From NCBI GenBank assembly GCA_002335405.1, contig DCWM01000054.1:1-35192 (forward strand): a stretch of DNA of 35,192 nucleotides. The letters are read 5' to 3'. The stretch comes from Dehalococcoidia bacterium UBA2162 (GTDB lineage Bacteria > Chloroflexota > Dehalococcoidia > Dehalococcoidales > UBA2162). Below, in pieces: positions 29,241 through 35,192 of the stretch. The notes beneath the pieces are model-generated. The model worked only from the letters and a program-made list of their open reading frames with translations, was not told the DNA's origin and ran no database searches. The stretch's first letter is position 1. The number at the start of each line of letters is the position of its first letter. The translations under genes were made by a program, and so were the position numbers.

Positions 29241-29885
29241 GTGGAGTTTTTTGGCCTGGGTTTCGGCGAAATAGTACTGGTTATCATCATCGCCCTGATA
29301 ATATTTGGACCGGAGAAAGTCCCTGAGATGGCCCGATCGCTGGGCAAGATGATGCGCACCATCCGGCAAGCCACCTCAGGTTTCACCAACGCCGTAAACC
29401 AAGAGGTAGACGAAGTAAAGAAAACCGCTTCCGACCTTACCGCCCCCATAACCCAAGAGATAAATGAAGTGAAGAAAGCCACTTCGGACATAACTCAAGA
29501 GGTAGACAAAGTAGGGAAAACTACTTCGGACTTTAGCTCAGCCATAGCTCAAGAGGTAGGTGCAGTGAAGGAGACTACTTCTGAATTTAGCACAACCGTG
29601 AATCGTGAGTTGGGCAAAGTGGAGAAAACTACATCTGATTTTAGCACAGCCGTAGTTCAAGAGGTAGGCACGGTTGCTTCCAAAGTGGAGAAAACTACAT
29701 CTGACGTTAGCACAGCCGTAGTCCAAGAGGTAGAAGAAGCGAGAAAAAGCCCCTTACCTCCGTCACAATCCAGTAGTGATGCCGCACCCCAGAAATCGGC
29801 CGATACCAGCACCAAATCTGGTGGAGCTGAAAAAACCAGCCCGGTAGACCGACAAGACATTAGTGGTAAGAATGGCAAGCAGTGA
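29241..29885 (+). CDS. tatB: Twin-arginine translocase TatA/TatB-family subunit with repeat-expanded tail
   Basis: FGLGFGEIVLV...FGPEKVPEMARSLGK; immediately upstream of tatC. TatA versus TatB is not fully resolved. Confidence 0.85.
   Translation: MEFFGLGFGEIVLVIIIALIIFGPEKVPEMARSLGKMMRTIRQATSGFTNAVNQEVDEVKKTASDLTAPITQEINEVKKATSDITQEVDKVGKTTSDFSSAIAQEVGAVKETTSEFSTTVNRELGKVEKTTSDFSTAVVQEVGTVASKVEKTTSDVSTAVVQEVEEARKSPLPPSQSSSDAAPQKSADTSTKSGGAEKTSPVDRQDISGKNGKQ
29370..29747 (+). repeat. Seven tandem ~18-aa (54-nt) degenerate repeats in tatB
   Basis: Units of 18, 18, 14, 18, 18, 22 and 18 aa, consensus TTSDFS.AV.QEV..V.K; CAAGAGGTAG recurs in the DNA. Confidence 0.9.
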
Positions 29886-30879
29886 CAATAGGTCGGCCGT
29901 CCTCGGGTATCTCGCCGATTTTCGTGACCGTCTGGTAAGAAGTCTCAGGTCTAGTGGTGAATATAGTTCGACCATCCTCGGGCACCTCACCGAGTTGCGC
30001 GACCGTCTGACGAGAAGTGTCATCGCCGTAGTAATCACTACGGGTCTTTCCTTTATCTTTGCCAGGCATATATTTGATCTTCTAACCTTTAAGTCCGCAC
30101 TTACCCTACCAATTTTTGATGCTCTGGCTAGTAGGTTCGGTCTTATCACGGCGCCCGATGTCAACCTCATCTACATTGAGATGATCGAGATGTTCGGCAC
30201 CTATATGAGAGTATCGCTCGCCAGTGGCTTTGCCCTCGCCATGCCTTTCCTGACTTATCAACTGGTAATGTTTGTCACGCCAGCACTCACCACCAGGGAA
30301 AAAAGATATGTTTACCTTATCCTTCCCTGGGTGGCACTGATGTTTGCCGTCGGGGTTACCTTTGCTTATTTCGTTTTATTGCCGCCATCAATAGGATTCT
30401 TGCTCACTTTTGGTAGTGATATCGCCAGGCCGGAGATTAAGATAGGGAGTTACATCTCACTTGTGACCCGACTACTGCTGGCCGTTGGTTTAGTCTTCGA
30501 ACTACCAGTACTGACGACCTTTTTGGCCCGAGTTGGTCTCGTCTCTCCAAAGTGGCTAGGAGCAAAACGAAGGTTGGCTTTTGTCATTGCCTTTGTCCTT
30601 GGTGGTCTCATTACACCAACCTTTGACCCCATTAATCAAAGTCTGGTGGCCATACCACTATGTATCCTTTATGAGTTGAGTATTTGGCTGGCTAAACTTG
30701 TCTACCGTCAGAAACCCCCGATACCACCAGAAAACCCTGATACCGGCGCAGGCACAGTTTCTTCACCACCGCCAGAAAGCCCTGACACCGGCACAGGCAC
30801 AGTTTCTTCACCACCACCAGAAAGCCCCAATAGCGACGCAGGCACAGTTTCTTCACCCGGCACAGAAGGCGGCGGTTAA
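29872..30879 (+). CDS. tatC: Twin-arginine translocase subunit TatC
   Basis: HLTELRDRL, FVTPALT.RE, FAYF, FELP, ITP..DP.NQ and LYELSI. The start could be 29863 or 29872; either overlaps the tatB end. Confidence 0.95.
   Translation: MASSDNRSAVLGYLADFRDRLVRSLRSSGEYSSTILGHLTELRDRLTRSVIAVVITTGLSFIFARHIFDLLTFKSALTLPIFDALASRFGLITAPDVNLIYIEMIEMFGTYMRVSLASGFALAMPFLTYQLVMFVTPALTTREKRYVYLILPWVALMFAVGVTFAYFVLLPPSIGFLLTFGSDIARPEIKIGSYISLVTRLLLAVGLVFELPVLTTFLARVGLVSPKWLGAKRRLAFVIAFVLGGLITPTFDPINQSLVAIPLCILYELSIWLAKLVYRQKPPIPPENPDTGAGTVSSPPPESPDTGTGTVSSPPPESPNSDAGTVSSPGTEGGG
30721..30855 (+). repeat. 3 x 45-nt coding tandem repeat in the tatC tail
   Basis: IPPENPDTGAGTVSS / PPPESPDTGTGTVSS / PPPESPNSDAGTVSS; CAGGCACAGTTTCTTCACC is identical in all three. 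Confidence 0.95.
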
Positions 30880-30932
30880 GACGATCCAGACCGAATGTAT
30901 TCTTACATGTAGAGGAGGTTCTAACACCAATA

Positions 30933-31619
30933 ATGAAGGAAAAAGCTACAGCGTTAGATAATATTCTTAAGGGGACAGGAGTTGATGAAATCGGAGTTGT
31001 CCGTTTGAAAGCCTGGAAGGACACTCCTCTGTGGAAGAGGGCAAGGCGACTACTGCCAACGGCGGAGGCGGTAATTGTGCTCGCTCTGGAAGTGTTTCCT
31101 GAAGTAGTGGAGCATCAAACTTCGCAGGCGCGAGTAGGAGGAGGAACTTTACGTGACCTCTATAACCGTAATGCGGAATTAGTAAACGGGGAAATAGATT
31201 GGGAAGCCTACAAAATAGTGAAGAAATTACACACACTTGGTTATAAAGGGCTGCCCATGCCAGCTAGCGGTGGCCCTTTTGATGGTCGGTTTCTCAAGAG
31301 TGCACTCTCTTATAAAGAAGTGGCCTGCGCCGCTGGTCTTGGGGTCTTGGGCTGGCACAGTATGCTTATTACGCCAGTGTATGGGCCCAGAATTCGCCTC
31401 TCTTGCGTTATTACTGATGCCCCACTGGAGCCTACACCGTCATCAAATACGAAACCACCCTGTGTTGAGTGCGACGGCGCTTGCATCAAGATATGCCCCG
31501 TATCCGCCATTGAGAAGCCTCAGGATAATGAGACCTACCGAATAAATAAGTACACCTGCAATAATTACTGCACCGCTGCGGGAGGCTGCGCCGAGTGTAT
31601 GAAGGTCTGTCTCACTTAG
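30933..31619 (+). CDS. QueG-like/reductive-dehalogenase-superfamily 2x[4Fe-4S] protein
   Basis: AAGLG.LG, LITP.YGPRIRL..VITDAPL, CVECDGACIKICP and C...C...CAECMKVC; GAGGAGG SD. Confidence 0.8.
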   Translation: MKEKATALDNILKGTGVDEIGVVRLKAWKDTPLWKRARRLLPTAEAVIVLALEVFPEVVEHQTSQARVGGGTLRDLYNRNAELVNGEIDWEAYKIVKKLHTLGYKGLPMPASGGPFDGRFLKSALSYKEVACAAGLGVLGWHSMLITPVYGPRIRLSCVITDAPLEPTPSSNTKPPCVECDGACIKICPVSAIEKPQDNETYRINKYTCNNYCTAAGGCAECMKVCLT

Positions 31620-31735
31620 TTTGGGGCTGGGCAGATATCGTTTATCGAGTAGATCCCAATTCTATATTATCCTATAGTCAAATATGGATTAGCCTCACCC
31701 TGTTGGAATAAGCCAAAGGTAAAGCAATCTGGGCC

Positions 31736-31936
31736 GTGGAGGAAATGACCGTGGATAATAGAGAAGCCGACAATAATCCTCACCCACCAGCTTGTACTTG
31801 CGTAGCTTGCGTTCAGCGCCGTAGGAACAGATTAGCAAGTAAAGGTCACAGAAGAACTGTATATAATGTTATTGCAATCGTAATCATCTTTGTCGTGTTC
31901 ATTATCGTCGCCACGAGAACCAGTATTTTAGGGTGA
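31736..31936 (+). CDS. Small membrane protein with HPxxCxCxxC motif
   Basis: HPPACTCVAC, a basic patch, then one hydrophobic helix. GGAGG precedes alternative starts at 31745 and 31751. Confidence 0.5.
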   Translation: MEEMTVDNREADNNPHPPACTCVACVQRRRNRLASKGHRRTVYNVIAIVIIFVVFIIVATRTSILG

Positions 31937-31966
31937 AGCCATAAAAGCGAGGCTATACTCTAATCG

Positions 31967-32314
31967 TCAAGACTTTATCATCACTAACATCATTTTGAAT
32001 TTCTTTATTGCCCTTAATGCATGAGGTTCATTAGCTGGCATTACAATCATCTTACCCTTTGTAAGCTGATTGACCTTCCCGGAAATAGTAACTTCAGCTT
32101 CACCATCCGGAATATAGACCAAAGCGTCAAACGGAGCCGTATGTTCGCTTAGCCCTTGTCCGCTATCAAAAGCAAACAAAGTACATGTGCCTGTAGCCTT
32201 ATCAATTATTGTCCTACTCACTATAGAACCTTCCTGATAATCAATCAAATCACTTAATTCCATAGTTTGTCCCAGAAGCTTATCAGTATCTTTTTGACCT
32301 TTATTATTTTCCAT
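31967..32314 (-). CDS. Cupin-domain protein
   Basis: IDYQEGSIVSRT, TLFAFDSGQGLSEHTAPFDA, GEAEVTI and MPANEPHAL. Confidence 0.92.
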   Translation of the reverse strand: MENNKGQKDTDKLLGQTMELSDLIDYQEGSIVSRTIIDKATGTCTLFAFDSGQGLSEHTAPFDALVYIPDGEAEVTISGKVNQLTKGKMIVMPANEPHALRAIKKFKMMLVMIKS

Positions 32315-32376
32315 TTGACCTACCCTCCAAACTTATAATACTAACTTAAGAAAACAGCAAATTTGACTTCAAAAAA

Positions 32377-32451
32377 TGGAGCCAGCGAAAGGAGTCGAAC
32401 CTTCGGCCAGCGGTTTACGAAACCGCTGCTCTACCTCTGAGCTACGCTGGC
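32377..32451 (-). tRNA. tRNA-Thr (CGT)
   Basis: Minus strand: GCCAGCG...GCGGT-TTCGTAA-ACCGC...GGTTCGACTCC...CGCTGGC-T-CCA; CCA encoded. Confidence 0.97.
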
Positions 32452-32473
32452 ATGCGATCGTGGACTTCCATGT

Positions 32474-32495
32474 TTTGACGTTCGTTTGACGTTCG
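32474..32495 (+). repeat. Tandem TTTGACGTTCG x2 (putative integrase arm-type sites)
   Basis: Perfect 11-bp tandem repeat; the same TTTGACGT core is paired at 35034-35053. Confidence 0.7.
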
Positions 32496-32556
32496 AGGTG
32501 TCCCTGGCGGCAGCACCTCGTCGAGTAACGCCATCATGTCCTCCTGCATACCAGAT

Positions 32557-32585
32557 ATTATATGAGAATAGGTATCCATTGTAAA
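32557..32585 (-). promoter_or_regulatory. Sigma70 promoter TTTACA-N17-TATAAT inside the integrase remnant, facing tRNA-Thr
   Basis: -35 at 32585-32580, -10 at 32562-32557, exactly 17-nt spacer. Confidence 0.7.
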
Positions 32586-32741
32586 CGCTACTGAGGCATG
32601 GCCCAGAGCTTCGGAGACATCATAGGGTGTGGTGATATTATATTGGAGATGCTAAACTAGAAAGCAGGTCAAACGCTTGGGGTAGATCAAATACCTACCA
32701 AGCATATAGACAAAACAGGGATGCATAATCAAGGAATTTTA

Positions 32742-33956
32742 GTGAATTTCGAATCATTCAATTTTCATCCCAGCATCATGGGTGGTATCCGTGCGCTCGG
32801 TTATACAAAGCCTACACCAATTCAGTTCCAGTCCATGCAGTCTATCCTTCAAGGCCGCGATCTCATTGGTCTGGCCCAGACCGGAACCGGCAAAACTGCC
32901 GCTTTCGTATTACCTATATTACAGCGCCTGATAAGCAGCCCTCGTGGGCGCGTCGGGGCTCTCATCATCTCGCCTACGCGCGAACTGACTGAGCAAACCT
33001 GTGATGCAAGTAATGCGCTGAGTAGACATACCGGACTTAAAAGCGCTGCCATTTATGGTGGAGTAAGTATGCATCAGCAAACCGGCAAACTCCGCAATGG
33101 AGTTGAAATAGTTACGGCTTGTCCGGGGCGGCTGCTTGACCACCTTTATAAGGGCACAATCGACTTATCACAGCTGAAAGTTCTGGTGCTTGACGAGGCA
33201 GACCGGATGTTTGATATGGGATTTCTGCCCGATGTACGCAATATTTTGAAATGCATACTGCATCGACGGCAAACATTATTATTCTCAGCCACTATGCCCA
33301 AGGATGTCCGGCGCCTGGTGAAAGAGATACTTCATGAGCCGGTCACAGTGCAAATCGGTCATATAGCGCCAGCAGACACAGTGTCCCATGCACTATATCC
33401 GGTGAAACAACACCTAAAAACGGCATTACTGAAGCACCTTTTGCGCGGCATAGAAACGGAGTCCGTGCTTATCTTTACCCGTACCAAGCATCGTGCCAAG
33501 CGTGTTGCCGAACAATTATACAAATCGGGCTACAATGTAACCTCACTACAAGGTAATCTTTTGCAATCCCAGCGTCAGGCTGCTCTGGATGGCTTTCGTA
33601 GTGGATCGTTCAAGATCCTGGTAGCGACCGATATTGCTGCTCGTGGCATAGACGTTCTGAGTATCTCGCATGTAATTAATTACGACATGCCCGAAACCAC
33701 TGATGATTATAGTCACCGCATTGGCCGTACGGGGCGAGTCAATCAGAATGGCGATGCTTACAGCTTCGTGACCAGTAAAGACGCGGGAATGGTAAGGTCT
33801 CTTGAGAAGCTTTTCAAGGAGCCGCTGGAACACCGTACCATAGAAGGTTTCAACTACGCAATGCCCGAACCCGAAGGAAACTCCGGTTGCCCACCGCGCA
33901 AGTTACGACCACGATCATCGCAAAATAATCGGCCTAGACGTAGAAAACTGATTTAG
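32742..33956 (+). CDS. DEAD-box ATP-dependent RNA helicase (RhlE-like)
   Basis: Q motif PTPIQ, AQTGTGKT, PTREL, CPGRL, DEAD, SAT, ARGID and HRIGRTGR, with a basic tail. GTG 32742 follows AAGGA. Confidence 0.96.
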   Translation: MNFESFNFHPSIMGGIRALGYTKPTPIQFQSMQSILQGRDLIGLAQTGTGKTAAFVLPILQRLISSPRGRVGALIISPTRELTEQTCDASNALSRHTGLKSAAIYGGVSMHQQTGKLRNGVEIVTACPGRLLDHLYKGTIDLSQLKVLVLDEADRMFDMGFLPDVRNILKCILHRRQTLLFSATMPKDVRRLVKEILHEPVTVQIGHIAPADTVSHALYPVKQHLKTALLKHLLRGIETESVLIFTRTKHRAKRVAEQLYKSGYNVTSLQGNLLQSQRQAALDGFRSGSFKILVATDIAARGIDVLSISHVINYDMPETTDDYSHRIGRTGRVNQNGDAYSFVTSKDAGMVRSLEKLFKEPLEHRTIEGFNYAMPEPEGNSGCPPRKLRPRSSQNNRPRRRKLI

Positions 33957-34169
33957 GTCATGAATCTGGCAACTATGGTAACAGAAGGGGAGGAGCGACT
34001 TAGTGGTCGATACTTGCATGACTTATCGTATCGAGGCACGTGAATTGGCTCGGCGTGCTATACAATTAGTAGTAGATAATACGCTTACTGATAATCAATA
34101 GAGGCTCCCATTGCATACATATTGATTGCATGGCTCATGTATGCGGTAGTACAATGCACGAAGGTATCT

Positions 34170-34464
34170 ATGGCTATGATAAAAGTTGGAGATGTTGTTT
34201 CTTACATAGATATGTGCCAGGAAGAGGGTATAGGAGCTCTCCAGCGGGGGATGAATTACCCGCTTGGGTAAAGCCTATAGTATCGTCCTAATGAGCGTGC
34301 GGGTGGGGGCTCCCTATGCTGACAGAGTAGAGGAAGAAGGTAGTGTACTTATCTATGAAGGCCACGACGTATCTAGGACTTCGGATAATCCCATCCCTAA
34401 GATAGTTGACCAACCTCTAGCTTTTCCTAGTAGCAAGCTAACTCAGAACGGTTTGTTCTTTTAA
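34170..34464 (+). pseudogene. Frameshifted, truncated N-terminal (SRA-like) domain of a putative HNH restriction endonuclease
   Basis: MAMIKVGDVVSYIDMCQEEGIGALQRGMNY joins RLGKAYSIVLMSVRVGAPYADRVEEEGSVLIYEGHD...DQP...LTQNGLFF* if one C is removed at 34259-34261. The family is recognised from memory only. Confidence 0.65.
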
Positions 34465-34485
34465 CTGTAAAAACGAATTTCCTGA

Positions 34486-34971
34486 TTGAAGAACGTGAAT
34501 AGCGGTAACGAGAACGGGAAATACCCATTTTTCACCTGCGCTAGGCAGAACACCTATAGCAACGAATACTCCTTCGATGCCGGGGCTATTCTCATCGCAG
34601 GTAACGGCGATGTTGGAAATGTCCAATACTTTGCGGGAAAATTTGAAGCGTACCAGCGGACCTACGTGCTAACCGATTGGGTCGAAATAGAAAGCCGTTA
34701 TCTGTATTTTATGCTGAGCTACAGGCTGAAAGACACGGTTTCCAAGCTCAAACTCGGAAACACAATGCCCTATATTAAACTCGGCATGTTGACCGACTTT
34801 GAAATACCCCTGCCACCACTGGAGGTGCAGAAGGAAATCGTGGTGGAGATCGAGGGCTACCAGAAAGTTATCGACGGCGCGAGCGCCGTCATCGCACGAT
34901 TCGATAAAAAAATACAGGCCACCCTCGCATGCGTCTGGGGCGAGGACGAGACGACTACATTGAAGGCATAA
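34486..34971 (+). pseudogene. Type I restriction-modification specificity (HsdS-type TRD) fragment, 5'-truncated
   Basis: NGKYPFFTC, AILIAGNG, KFEAYQRTYV, MPYIK and IPLPPLEVQKEIV. Only one TRD, no SD, and no methyltransferase or HsdR nearby. Confidence 0.8.
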
Positions 34972-35033
34972 GCCAAGGAAGAAGCCATGGAACTTATCAA
35001 CTACCTGTCGCTCTCCCTCTATTCATAGCTGGT

Positions 35034-35053
35034 TTTGACGTCGTCTTTGACGT
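35034..35053 (+). repeat. Paired TTTGACGT direct repeats (putative arm-type sites)
   Basis: TTTGACGT at 35034-35041 and 35046-35053, about 110 nt inside the right att repeat. Confidence 0.7.
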
Positions 35054-35164
35054 TTACGTACCACCACACCAACTTACAACCCACCACATCAATCGAGGTT
35101 TTAAGTTTTACGGGACTGTCCCAGACGATATGAAACACGATGAAACGGTACTTAGGACTGGAGA

Positions 35165-35192
35165 TTACGAAACCGCTGCTCTACCACTGAGC
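35165..35192 (-). repeat. att site: displaced 5' half of tRNA-Thr (cut by the window edge)
   Basis: The minus strand reads GCTCAGTGGTAGAGCAGCGGTTTCGTAA, then non-tRNA sequence. It is identical to 32415-32442 except at one D-loop base. Confidence 0.9.

Larger units (their letters stand above)
32442..32618 (-). pseudogene. Tyrosine recombinase (integrase) C-terminal remnant
   Basis: Manual translation gives VSEALGHASVAFTMDTYSHIISGMQEDMMALLDEVLPPGTPRTSNERQNMEVHDRMPA*, with box II LGH and the catalytic Tyr. An in-frame TAG lies upstream at 32652-32654 and there is no N-terminal part. Confidence 0.9.
32415..35192. mobile_element. Decayed integrative element (~2.75 kb) inserted at the tRNA-Thr anticodon loop
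   Basis: Flanked by a 28-bp direct repeat (32415-32442 and 35165-35192, 1 mismatch). Contains an integrase remnant, arm-like repeats and broken restriction genes. Confidence 0.85.

Noticed and set aside
29370-30855. Repeats in tatB/tatC as a CRISPR array
   Set aside because: They are in-frame coding repeats without unique spacers, and there are no cas genes.
31814-31936. Twin-arginine signal in the small protein near tatC (QRRRNRL, HRRTVY)
   Set aside because: It does not fit S/T-R-R-x-F-L-K, and no passenger domain follows.
30880-32376. Second island at the tRNA-Thr 3' end (AT-richer cupin region)
   Set aside because: I found no duplicated tRNA 3' fragment or integrase, and composition was judged only by eye.
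34003-34101. 32-aa ORF with AGGAG SD after the helicase
   Set aside because: It is too short and has no recognisable motif, so it cannot be distinguished from chance or debris.

Overview
This is a gene-dense bacterial chromosomal segment. Gene content and order suggest Chloroflexota, probably Dehalococcoidia, but that is inference and not a database match. About 1-30.9 kb is mostly housekeeping: a GNAT/MshA-like glycosyltransferase/PIG-L deacetylase cluster, ogt, dnaE, the recA-recX-rny-ymdB-PHP-plsY run, folC, argC, nfu, DedA, tRNA-Glu, HIT, an MBL hydrolase, a B12 radical SAM protein, apgM-lysC-TPR-gyrA, tRNA-Pro, a presenilin/SPP-type protease and repeat-expanded tatB/tatC. The last ~2.8 kb is a decayed integrative element inserted at the anticodon loop of tRNA-Thr(CGT). 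Unusually, the 5' half of the tRNA is the part duplicated (28-bp direct repeat, 1 mismatch, running to the window edge). Beside the intact tRNA is a 58-codon tyrosine-integrase C-terminal remnant that the ORF track misses. Its stop codon lies inside the tRNA, and it contains a TTTACA-N17-TATAAT promoter aimed at the tRNA. The island also has paired TTTGACGT arm-like sites at both ends, an intact DEAD-box helicase and two broken restriction genes. Other notable points are an apparent ACG start codon on plsY, a possible mycothiol-like pathway with no cysteine ligase in view, and a bacterial GxGD/PAL protease next to tatBC. All calls come from reading motifs by eye; no searches were run.
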